NCBI RefSeq assembly: GCF_009914755.1
Contig: NC_060928.1
Direction: 5' to 3' (one strand)
Source of the DNA: the human T2T-CHM13v2.0 reference genome, Homo sapiens
Length of the DNA stretch: 64,000 nt
Below the pieces are notes generated by a model. It was not told where the DNA came from. It saw only the letters and a program-made list of their open reading frames with translations, and did not search any database. Numbering within the stretch: position 1 is the first letter of the stretch; every line of letters begins with the position of its first letter. The position numbers and the translations under genes are program-made. Positions 15,010-27,065 of this stretch are shown in pieces.

Positions 15010-16332
15010 GTAAGACTAGGCTTTCTTATCAATAAAATAAAAACTGCCAGTTGCATTTTTTGAAATTATTCTCTTTCTTAAGCTCAGCTGTTTGGTTAAC
15101 TGTTTGACGACTTTTGAATCGACTTTCTACAGTAGAAAGAGTTTTGAATGTAGATTACTTGTTCTGAGGTTTTTGAATCAGTAGTGGGAAGAACAATATT
15201 TTCTTCCTGATTTGACTGTTTAAAATGTACTGAATTTTGTGAGGAACTTAATGAATATTGAGCATCATCTGAGCACCCAGTAAAACACCATGGATTTTCC
15301 AAGTGTTTTACAAAGATTCTATGATAATTTCCGATGATCTTATTCCTTTCATGTAATAGATGCATAACATATTCATCTCTAACACGTATTCATTCTGTTG
15401 AAAATGTATTTTTTTAGTTTATGCCAGATTTCCTCTTAGTAGAGAAATGATGGGAACATCAACATAAATATGATGACATGAGCTTTATCAACTCAGGCGC
15501 CGTGCCTCATCTAAAATGATCAACGCTGAGATGAAGAGGCAAGAGAGCTTTCAGAGATAACCAAGTATGATCATATCAGTGTGGTACACAAGACAATTCA
15601 CATATCCTTAATATCAAAGAACTTTAAAGTCGTTTCCCTTGCATAAAAATCCCCTCACAACAGCAATCACAGATGGAGAACTGCTGGCAATTCCACAGCC
15701 TTTTTCATAATCTAATACAGTACCGGGTCATAGTATGTAAACTGGAAATTGTCGCTTAATATAGGTTTCATCATCTCTAAGAGAAGTTATTTAAATTACC
15801 TACCATAAAATTGGAACTGAGACTTTCCCCAAGATCAACTATTACGTTAGTACATAGAGGAATATCAAAAATGTAAGAGTTGATTCATTAAAATTGACAG
15901 TAGGATGAGCCTAAAGTTATATTCAATAATCAGTTTATTTACCTAGAGAATTTCATGCTGATTTAGTGTGACTTATAAAATAAGGGCTGGAGAGTTTTCA
16001 TGTATGCTTTATATCATATAATTTTGTGAGAAATATTTTTTCTATAACCTAGGAACATAAATTATGAAGAAAAGTTATCACATATTAATAAAGAAATTAT
16101 ATCTTTAAAGGAAGATGAGTAAGAAGATTTCAACATGCTTTTTCTAATGTAATTGTGGATTTAGTTCATATACATATATTAATTTTATGGCTGTGAAATT
16201 TCTGAATATCAGGCTTTAGTGTATTCATTTTTCCTATTTAATATTTTTAATATCTATATTATTAAAGTAAATTTGATCCTTATGCATTGTATACTTCTTA
16301 TAATGTACTAATGCCCAATTTTAAATTTTATA

Positions 16333-16660
16333 TTTTTGTTTGTTTGTTGGGGTTTTGGTTTTTGTTTGTTTTGTTTTTTGTTTGAGACAGGGTCTCACTC
16401 CGTCTTCCAGGCTGGAGTGCAATGGCACAATCTTACCTCACTGTAGCCTCAACCTCCTCGGCTCAGGTGATCCTTCCACCCCAGCCTCCTGGGTAGCTGG
16501 GACTACAGATGCGTGTCACCGCCCCCGGCTAATTTTTGTATTTTTTGTAGAGATGTGGTTTCACCATGTTGCCCAGGCTGCTCTTGAACTCCTGGGCTCA
16601 AGCAATCCGCCCACCTTCCCAAAGGACTGGGATTACAGGCATGAGCCACCGCGTCTGGGC
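16333..16660 (-). mobile_element. AluJ-like element
   Basis: gagacagggtctcact..., cactgtagcctcaacctcc, ctcctgggctcaagcaatcc. Confidence 0.9.
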
Positions 16661-16965
<305 letters not shown>

Positions 16966-17051
16966 AGTCTAGACCATTTTAAAGTTTAGATTTGACTCCA
17001 GTTCATCTTATAGGTGACACTGACTAGGATATAATAACCAGATTTTCTTAA

Positions 17052-17349
17052 GGCTAGGCACAGTGACTTAGGCCTGTAATCCCAGCACCAGGAGGCCAAG
17101 GTGGGTGGATCACTTAAGGTCAGGAGTTCAAGACCGGCCTGACCAACATGGTGAAACCCCATCTCTACTAAAAATACAAAATTAGCCGAACGTGGTAGCG
17201 CACACCTGTAATCCCAGCTACTCAGGAGGCTGAGGCAGGAGAATTGCTTGAACCCTGGAGGCAAAGATTGCAGTAAGTGAGAGATCGTGACATTGCACTC
17301 CAGCCTGGACGACAGGAGCAAAACTCTGTCTAGGAGAAAAAAAAAAAAA
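17052..17349 (+). mobile_element. AluS-like element
   Basis: Forward Alu with A tail; TSD cagattttcttaa(g) on both sides. Confidence 0.9.
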
Positions 17350-20300
17350 GCAGATTTTCTTAAGTGGAAGTCCTCTATAACTTCAATTATAGTAGACAGA
17401 TTGGATTTATAGCAATTGTCCAGTGAAATATGAAAAAATATTTTCCCACTGAAACCGCATATGTGATTATTTGTGTATAATTCAAGAAATATACCTCTAA
17501 GCTGAGCACAATAGTGAACATGTAACTTACAAATTCTAGAAAATAATTTCAGGTAAGAATTGTCTATTGTGTTGTGTACTTGAAAGGTTTATTTAAAGAT
17601 TTAGTTGACTGCAAGTTGTATATAACATTTAAGATTAGAGAAATGAAAGGTGCAGTTTCGGGTTTTCTCATAATCCTTCTAGTATTTAAACACAATACAT
17701 GTGATATCCTCTTTTCTTTTCTACCACAATATATGTGTTTAAGTAGGTTATGCATTTTCTTAAGCTTCACGGTTATTATAGTTTCTTCCTGTGGTTTATT
17801 CAAGATCAGCAGAGCAAACAACTGTTTCTGAGTTCAGTGTTTAAACATGAAATATTGTATAAGGCAGCCCAAATTGAACATTTCTCTGTTTCTGGAGAAC
17901 ATTAAATAAATCAACCTGAAATAATTAAAATTGGCCAGCCATTCAGAATAGTTGCTTGAGCTTTCGCAGTCTTTGTGACCCTTTGTAAAACTGCCCGTTT
18001 GATTGTTGCCAAGGAATCAGTGGGCTCTCTTCTCCCTGATGCCAGTTCATTCTCCTGGTCAGTTAGTGGCCTCAGGAGTCAATGCAGAGCCTTATGGTGA
18101 AGTATACTGTAGCATTTTAGTGCACTCACATGAAGGCTGTTGTCGAATAGGAGTTGGAAGCCTGAGTTCTAGCATACCCTCACCACCTTTTCACTGTGTG
18201 ACCTTGCAGAGTCCCTTCTCTGAGCCTTAGTGTCCATTGGTAAAATGAAAGAGTTGGATCAGATGATCTGTAAAATCTCTTTAGTCTCTATATTCCAATT
18301 ACAGCAAGACTGTGCCACTACCAAAGAGTTGATGTAAGGACACAGTTAAGTATTCATAGATTCTAAGAACTCATCGTTTTAGTAACGGAATTGAATTAAA
18401 CATATAATCTAACTTCAGAAGTGAACTACCAAGATAACTGAAACAAAATCTATTTGTTTTTAAATGGTCTATTAGATAATCAGCATAAATACAACAAACA
18501 TGGGCAAACTTTTCTTCTATTGATTTTCCAAAAGACGGCTTATTAATACATTGTAGTTTAAAGCAACTTTAAATGAGGATTTTTAAAGCGTGTATATTTG
18601 GTAATATTAAATCGTAAGAAAATGACCTTTAAACGGAGCTTTCACACTAAAATTATCTCACTTTATATGAAACCTGTATCAAGTATAAGCTTTGTCTCAC
18701 GATGGCTCCCGCGGACTAGTGCAATTGAAGAGTTAGCCCCAAGAATTTCTTCCTAAAAAGAGCATAAGGTCCTAAGACTCCTCTTCTCCCCAAAAATATA
18801 TCTGCATCTCCATCTTAGAAATATTACAAAGCAAAACTCACATTTGCCCTTAAGTGACCACTTTATGCCCTAAGAACAAAGATTATTAAGTATTTTTATT
18901 CCTTGTAATTTGGTAATTTTGGGCAAAGATGGTTTTAGTGTTAAAGTAGGGAACTTTTTTTAGGTATTTGAATCGCCCTCCTGAATTCATGTGCGAAACA
19001 CTTCTGCAGATGAGCCTAGAACTGGGTAGATACTCAAAACCTGTCAGCTCCTCCTCCCCACCATCATGCCCACTACCCTGGCCTTATTTTATTGTTCACA
19101 GTGTGATGCGAATGGTTATTTCTATGATAAAGGTGATGGTTGTGCTTTTGCCTTGAAAGACCAGCTAAAACTCAAAATTCCTCCCGTTCACTTTTTCAGT
19201 TACCGTGTTTAATGTTAGGGAAGAAAAATGTTTATATGCTTGGGTCATAAAAAGAAACTTTTTCTTGTCTCTTTGCCATGCAAATGTGTAAATATTTAAA
19301 CCTGATGAGGAAATGAATGGCTTATTTGAGACAGAGTCACCATTCAAAACTGCTGAATTAATTTTCCTCTGACAATTCTAGAATAGAATTCCAGTCAAAT
19401 TTTATAGGTCATGTATCCACACCAGTCAGTATTTTCATCCTTATAAGGTATAAATGAAAATAAACATTTTTGACTGCTGATCAGGTTATACTGTTTTTAT
19501 ATATTTCTCACAGCTGAATTCTGTTCTGATGAAACTACACAAAAGAACAAAAAAAGGTTTTACTTATAAATAAAAATTTTAGTAAGTCAGAAACTGAATT
19601 AGATACTCTAAGTTCTCTCCAATATTAACAGTAGAGGTCTATGGTCAGTAAAATGGCAATATATTTAACTGTGATTCTCAGAAATTCCAACAACTGATTT
19701 TATTCCAGTTTGATTGGATTAAGAGATTCATATAATCTTTTTCTTAAATAGGCCTCTGATGAAATTCCATTTAAGAAACCTATCAGAAAGTAGAATATTT
19801 ATGATTTATATATGCAGTAGTATAATAATAATTATTTATATATAGTACTATGGCATATGTTTCACCATAAACACACTTCAGGAATAGAATGAAACTAGGT
19901 AACATTCTATAGACACTGAATCACTCTACTTTTAACAATTGTAATCTAAAAAACTCCTTGAAACTACATTGGAAAGTCTTTTCAGTGTCTTTCAAATTCC
20001 CTGTATTATTTCTAGTTACAAAATTTTACCCCACTATATTAACAATCACATTTTATACTTTTAATTCTTTTTTAAACTCTCCAGTCACCAATGTTCATGT
20101 CTAATTTTACTACAACAAAACTTAGGTTTAATGATGACCCATTCATAAGAATAATCAGGCACGTTTACTGTTACTGCCATCCTTTCAGAACCCCTCCATT
20201 GTTTAACTGTTTAGATCAAAGATGTAAAGGCATCTTGTTACATGTTTCTAATCTAACAATAACTAAGTAAAGCCCATGGCGTTCTCCATGGTGCTTGAGA

Positions 20301-20599
20301 TGGTCACATCAGGGTCACAAGAGAGGTGGAGTAGGGTGGGAGGAATGACCCCACTTGGAGCAAAGTGCTCTTGAGTTCACAAGCCAACCCCACCATTACC
20401 AGATGTCTGAGAGCCTGCTACCCTCCTCAAGATTCAGATTCCTTCACCTGTAAAGTGCAAATGTTAAAGCCTTCCTACGAGGGTTCCTATGAGGAACCAG
20501 CACGGAGTAAGGATTCAACAGTAGTTGTTGCTACATGAATGTTAAATCAGAGAAGACTGTACAGGGTTATCTTGTGGTCTAACTAAAACAAGGTTGCTG

Positions 20600-21045
20600 G
20601 CAACATGGATGGAACTGGAGCTCATTGTGTGAAGTGAAATAAGCCAGGCACAGAAAGTCAAATACTGCATGTTCTTGCTTATATGTGGGAGCTAAAAAAG
20701 TGAATGAGCAGAAAGAGGAGAATGATGGTTCTCAGCAAACTAACACAAGAACAGAAAACCAAACGCCGCATGTTCTCACTCATAAGTGGGAGTTGAACAG
20801 TGAGGACACATGGACACAGGGAGGGGAACATCACCCCAGGGCCTGTCAGGGTGTCAGGGGCTAGGGGAGGGATAGCATTAGGAGAAATACCTAATGTAGA
20901 TGATGGATTGATGGGTGCAGCAAACCACCATGGCACGTGTATACCTATGTAACAAACCAGCACATTCTGCACATGTACCCCAGAACTTAAAATAAAATTT
21001 AAAAAAAAGAAAGAGTAGAATGATGGATACCAGAGGCCGGGAGGG
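20600..21045 (+). mobile_element. Old L1M 3' fragment interrupted by a younger L1PA 3' end (about 20729-21008)
   Basis: caacatggatggaactggag...gtgaaataagccaggcacagaaag, then an L1PA 3' UTR ending gtaccccagaacttaaa plus A tail; TSD agaaagag(g/t)agaatgatgg. Confidence 0.85.
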
Positions 21046-21455
21046 CACTCAAAATACGTACGACTATTATATATCAATTATGAATTTAATGCATTAAAAA
21101 TAAGCCTGCTGGATTGGAAATGTCAGTTCATGTAGATTTTATGTTTGTATCCCCAAACTGCCTAAACTCATCAAACTTTTGATCAGTCAGTAGAATTAAA
21201 TAAATTTGGAAACCATATTGCCCAATAAGGGAAAAAAATGGTCCCTGATGTTTGAATCCAGCCCTGTGTGGCGAATAGTTTGCGTCCTCCTTGTAAATGC
21301 TATGCATGGGAGACTTCTACCATTTGGACCTGTCAGGAACTTCTTTCTAACATTGTATTTGTTAGAGCAAAGGAAGACAGATTGAAGAGAAAAAAAAAAA
21401 GAGAGAAGCAGCCACCCTTTATCTTTCTGACTATTTTTCCTCGTCCTCCCCCCAG

Positions 21456-21666
21456 TATGACTTCGTGGAGCTCCTGGATGGCAGCAGGCTGATTGCCAGA
21501 GAGCAGCGGAGCCTGCTTGAGACGGAGAGAGCCGGGCGGCAGGCGAGATCCGTCAGCCTTCATGAGGCCGGCTTTATCCAGTACTTGGATTCTGGAATCT
21601 GGCATCTGGCTTTTTATAATGATGGGAAAAATGCAGAGCAGGTGTCTTTTAATACCATTGTTATAG
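21456..21666 (+). CDS. TENM3: TENM3 coding exon (211 nt), stalk continued
   Basis: Long pyrimidine tract then cccccag|TAT; donor ATAG|gtaaga; phase 0 to 1. [70 protein letters not shown] continues in frame from the previous exon. Confidence 0.96.
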
Positions 21667-22037
21667 GTAAGAATAGTCTTCAAAGCAGCATTTTCCAGGC
21701 TATAGCCTAAACGCCGTGTTTAATAAAAACTAAATTATCTGTACCAATTTGGGGTAATTCCTAGGGTGTTAAAGCCCAGGTAAAATGTGAGAATTATTTT
21801 TAAACCTTTATTTGGGAATATGTGACAAACTGTGAAGCACTGGGAGAAAATATTTTCTGGAATTACCTTGGGAGAGGAGAATATGTCATGAAACACTTTG
21901 AAAATCTGCATTTGAAGTGACAGTGCTTTGCTTTACTACTCAAATTATCTAGCATAAATGAAGATCAAAGTGATACCGTTTATCTTTTGCAAGAGGCAGG
22001 CTATACAACAAGTGTTCCTTCTTTCCTTTTTCTTCAG

Positions 22038-22139
22038 AGTCTGTGGTGGAATGTCCCCGAAATTGCCATGGAAATGGAGAATGCGTTTCTGGAACTTGCC
22101 ATTGTTTTCCAGGATTTCTGGGTCCGGATTGTTCAAGAG
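22038..22139 (+). CDS. TENM3: TENM3 coding exon (102 nt), EGF-like repeat 1
   Basis: tttttcttcag|AG ... AGAG|gtatgc; phase 1 to 1. (E)[33 protein letters not shown]. This frame is not in the ORF track; translated by hand. Confidence 0.95.
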
Positions 22140-22333
22140 GTATGCAAGTTAGATTCTTCTCTTAAGCCGATATAAATAAGCTGTAGAAACACAAGTGATT
22201 CCAAAAACTACCGAGACAGGAAAGAAAGGGGGGGGGGAGACTGGCATATTGCTTGTTCCAGCGATGTGTCTTTTCTTTCGGAAGCTCGGTGGAAAGTGTG
22301 GCTGTAATTCTTCTGTCGTGTCTTGTTTCACAG

Positions 22334-22528
22334 CCGCCTGTCCAGTGTTATGTAGTGGCAACGGGCAGTACTCCAAGGGCCGCTGCCTGTGTTTCAGCGG
22401 CTGGAAGGGCACCGAGTGTGATGTGCCGACTACCCAGTGTATTGACCCACAGTGTGGGGGTCGTGGGATTTGTATCATGGGCTCTTGTGCTTGCAACTCA
22501 GGATACAAAGGAGAAAGTTGTGAAGAAG
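22334..22528 (+). CDS. TENM3: TENM3 coding exon (195 nt), EGF-like repeats 2-3
   Basis: tgtttcacag|CC ... GAAG|gtaaac; phase 1 to 1. (A)[64 protein letters not shown]. Confidence 0.96.
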
Positions 22529-23604
22529 GTAAACATGTCAATATTCACAGAAGTCTGTTGTTATCTTCATAAAGAAACAGATTGTATCTGTAATCTTTAG
22601 TTGGGCAGATCTCTTTTATACGCTTCCTTTTGAAAGCAATTTTGAAAAATCCATGTTTATGAATGCATTGTTTTACTAACATTTTAACTAATAAAAAGAA
22701 CAAGCACCAAAGGGCCCCTTTGCTCTTTTTCAGCACTGTGAATCATTCCTTTTCTTCACTCTGAGAAAGCAAGCAAACCTTTATGCCTTGAAACTAACAG
22801 CGGACGGTTGATTTTATTTTTCTTTTTATAGTTTTTTACATTGATGCCAGCTTCTAAATCTAGCATTTTGACATCTCTAGAAAGACAGAGTAGTACACAT
22901 AATATGCTACCTAAAAGAAGTATGACATCATGGATGTGTTCCATAGCTGTATACGTATAATGATGAGAGTCGAGATACCATACTGTAAAGTGCAGGTGAA
23001 TTGTTTTTTCAGAAAGCAAAAAAGCACCATTTCCATTCTTCAATCAAATTGATTTTATTGATCTGCACACACAAAGTAATGCAATTAAGTCTCTGGAATT
23101 AAATTTTCAGGCCATTGACCCTACAAGTGTAAAGTTTTATTGAGTCAAATTGCTAAATTAAATCTCGTCATCTAAAGCACATTAAAGTGAATTAAGAAGG
23201 ATAGAGAGTATGCAACTCATTTATTTCTCAAACAGTGTGAGGATCCCATACAGCTGTCAGTACTCAGTGGTCACAGATTTTGTTATAGAGAAGGCAATAC
23301 TTATTACTCTGTGATTAGGCAGAACAGAGAGCAATAGTCTGAAACCTCAAGAGCCTGTGTGTGTAATTCAGGAAAATTACAAATCCTTGCAAGAGTCTCA
23401 ATTACCTAAATGGCATTAGGCTGGATCTTAATGCTTTATTGTATTATAATTCTTTGCATTTTCAGAAACAAGTTCTTGAAAATGGTAGATAAATATTTGA
23501 TTTTCCAAAATGTTCATATAAATTAGATTAGGATTTAATTCTTTTTTCTGCATGCACTATGATATCTTCTGGATTTAATAAAATTGTTCTTTTCTTTACA
23601 CCAG

Positions 23605-23805
23605 CTGACTGTATAGACCCTGGGTGTTCTAATCATGGTGTGTGTATCCACGGGGAATGTCACTGCAGTCCAGGATGGGGAGGTAGCAATTGTGAAATAC
23701 TGAAGACCATGTGTCCAGACCAGTGCTCCGGCCACGGAACGTATCTTCAAGAAAGTGGCTCCTGCACGTGTGACCCTAACTGGACTGGCCCAGACTGCTC
23801 AAACG
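23605..23805 (+). CDS. TENM3: TENM3 coding exon (201 nt), EGF-like repeats 4-5
   Basis: tttacaccag|CT ... AACG|gtgagg; phase 1 to 1. (A)[66 protein letters not shown]. Confidence 0.96.
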
Positions 23806-24869
23806 GTGAGGTTAATAAATGCAGTACAATCGAGTTGCTTAATACTGTTTGGCTAAAGATGATATTTTAATCTTTAAACCTCCCTTTTTAAACCTAATAC
23901 AAATTTTAGTAAAGTGATTCTTTATGGAAATAAATATTAAAAGTAATGATATGTAGTTGCCTTATAAAAAAGAAGGAACCAGGCTTAGCCAGTTTGTCAC
24001 TAAAATTTCCCCTTTAGTATTATGCGGAGACTCATCTTTCATCTGCATGAGATACCATATCTTCTTAACTCTCAATTTATGGAACTACTAACCAAAACTA
24101 ACCTCTCTAAAATCTTAAGTATAGCTTGGGGATTTAAGCACATTATCTTATAAACAGGGAAGGCTCAATTTAAAAAAATCATTTGACAATATAAGGCTAA
24201 ACATCACAGTAAAGAGTATACAGGTATAGACATTATGATATGAATAAATGGTTCAACACTGAGTTTTTAATCATAATAACATGGTTATAATAGAAATAAG
24301 ACAAGGTAATTTCATTCAATCAGCCAAGTTGTTATTGAGCACTTACTATGTGCATGGCATTGTGATAGGCCCTGTAAGACTGAAAGACTTAACAAATCGT
24401 GTCTGCCCTCTAGAACAATGGCTTTCTAATTTTTTGACCTTGAACTATCATCATGACCTAGTATAAGTATACATGCACATACTCACATAATTGAAATAAA
24501 CATTTTACAAAGTGATACACGCTGATTTTTTTCAAGCCTATTTTATTTTTTTCAAATGTTGGTTGCAACTCATGAGCTAATTCCATAACTCATAAGTTAT
24601 GGTTTGAGAAGATGCCATTCTAGTGTGGAAGATTACAGTTTATTTAGGGAGATAAGATGAATACATATGAAAAATTCTAAATCAATACATCCTAGTTTAA
24701 TACTATATTGAGTGTTACATGGAATATTATGCTAAATTCAGTGGACATTCAGAGGAGTGATTCTAACTTAATGAGTATTCAGAGTTTTCAAGGAGACTTG
24801 TATTAACATTTCTTTATTTAATGATGGTGGTAGTCTGGGTAAGGGTATAATTTTTGGCTAGGTGAACAG

Positions 24870-25090
24870 TATTAGAAAGTACTTAAGAGCATGGACTGTG
24901 AAATCAGATGTGTGGATTCATATCCAATCTGTACTCCTTAAGAGCTATGTGATCTTAGGCAAATTACTATATGCCTCAGTTTACTCATCTGTAAAATCAT
25001 GGGACACTCTTCACAAAGATGCTGTGGGAATTACTTGGAATAATATATATAACATAGTTAGTACAGAGCTTGGCTGATAATAAATTCTAA
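24870..25090 (+). mobile_element. MIR fragment
   Basis: agctatgtgatcttaggcaaattac...gcctcagtttactcatctgtaaaat. Confidence 0.75.
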
Positions 25091-25119
25091 AGATAGCTTC
25101 CACCACCATCATCACTACC

Positions 25120-25330
25120 ATAGAACATCCCTAATCTGAAATTCAAAATGCTTCAAAATTCAAACCTTTCTGAACACCAACATGATGCTCAAAGGAAATG
25201 CTCATTGCAGCATTTCAGATTTTGTATTTTCAGATTAGGGATGCTCCAGGGGTATTTATTCTGCAAATATTATAACATCTGAAAAAGTTTAAAATCCAAA
25301 TCACTTCTGGTTCCAAGTAATTTAAATAAA
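25120..25330 (+). mobile_element. MER46A/Tigger4a-like element
   Basis: catccctaatctgaaa...caaaggaaatgctcattg...ttttcagattagggatgctc, with its internal inverted repeat. Confidence 0.8.
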
Positions 25331-26157
25331 AGATTAGCAAAGATGCAATTGTGAGAAATATCATTATATTCAAGGGACAGTGAAAAGAAAAGTATTTGGA
25401 GGCAAAAAAATTGGATTGGGCCCAATTTTGGGGAGTATGGTTTAGAAATGATAGTTTTAGGCAATGGAGGATTTATCGATAGCAATAATTTGCCCACTAA
25501 GACAATGAGAGTATTGTTTTTGGAAAACTATCCTGTAGATAATAAGTCAGAGAGCATGAATTGTGAGACTTTGATGGCGAAGAGACAAGCTGGAGGACTT
25601 TCCCACAAGCGTGAGGTGATGACAGCATGAATTGGCTGGGAGTCAGTAGAAATAAAAAAGATAAATCTGAGGGACATTTGAAAGGAAAAGCAGACAGGAC
25701 CTGCTGAAAAAAACACAATAGAGACATGTGTTGAGAAGAGCTGTAAGAATGAAGCAAGGAAAATTGGTGCTAATGTTAATGTCCCTGAATGAAGCAAGAA
25801 AGTTGGGAAAGGGGGAGGCTGATTGAAGAGGCAGGACGTAGGGAGGCAATGGAAGAGAAGTGAGAAATAGAAAAGAGATGAATTCCGTTTGGATACTCAA
25901 ACTAAGCAAAACTACACAGTTCATCAAAAGAAGAGGAAAAATGAGAAAGAGAAGCAGGGAAGAGAGAAGTGGAGGAGGAAGAGGACAATGATAGAGGAGG
26001 AAGGACAAGCAGAAGAAAGGAGAAAGCAAATGGATTTTACTAGCAGTGTTGAGTGAATAAAAACATCCTGCTTAGATTAAACATAAGTCTTGGCTTCAGT
26101 GAAGGGGTCTATCTACTTTCCTGCCCACACTGATTGCCCCCTTCTCTAAGCCTGTTT

Positions 26158-26455
26158 AACAGTAAGTGGCTGAGAACCAGAACTCAGACACTGAACTGCC
26201 TGGGTTCAAATTTTGGACTGGCCCCATCACAAAAAAAAAAAAAAAAAAAAAAAAAATTTGGACTGGCCATTCACTGGCAATATGACGTTGGGCAATTTAT
26301 TTAATATCTCTGTGCCTCTGTTTCTTTATATGTAAAATGGAGATAATTACAGGACTACTTTATACAGTTGAGGTAAGGCTTAAATGAGCTAGTATGTGAA
26401 AAGCACTTAGAATAGCACCTTAGACAGTAAGTGCTCAGTAAGTGTTAACCATTAA
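26158..26455 (+). mobile_element. MIR carrying a small poly(A) insertion at 26224-26256
   Basis: ctgcctgggttcaaat...tgacgttgggcaattt...tgtaaaatggagataat...aagcacttagaa. Confidence 0.8.
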
Positions 26456-26974
26456 TAGACGTAGTAGAGGGTGGTGGTAGTAGTTACTATGGTAGAAGTA
26501 TTCTAAAGGCTAATTGTAGTTCGTCATTCTTAATTTCTCATCAATTCAGAGGAGCTTCCACATTAAAGCAGTGATTGGACATGGTTCCCTAAATGTGAAA
26601 GTTATGAAATGCAAATTGTTTCCTCTATTAGTACAATCTAATGGCATAAAACTACATGAAATCTTGTGCTAAGAAGCTAATTCACATGTTTATTTTTAGC
26701 AAGAAGTAAAAAGGCTAGTAATTTTTACAAATTGCTGTTTCCTGGCCTTTTGAGAAGCTTGGGTGACATCTCTGCTGCCCTATGAGTCAGTATCAGCATG
26801 ACAGATTTATCTGCTACTCTTTACCTACTACAGATTGAATCCTGGAAGCCCAGACTAACAAATGTTTCCTATCAGCTAATGTATAATATTGATGAAAATT
26901 TTCTGTTGAACTCATATACTACTTAGAGACAAGTTTTCATCCTGAGTTCTCCTTCCCATTCTGATTTTTGTATG

Positions 26975-27065
26975 AGTTTTCTTCCTCCTTCCCTCCCTCT
27001 CTTATCTCTCCTTCCTTCCTTCCTCCTTCTCTTCTTCCCTTCCTTCCTGTTTTATTCATTCTCCC
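26975..27065. repeat. CT-rich low-complexity tract
   Basis: Degenerate (CCTT)n-like run. Confidence 0.75.
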
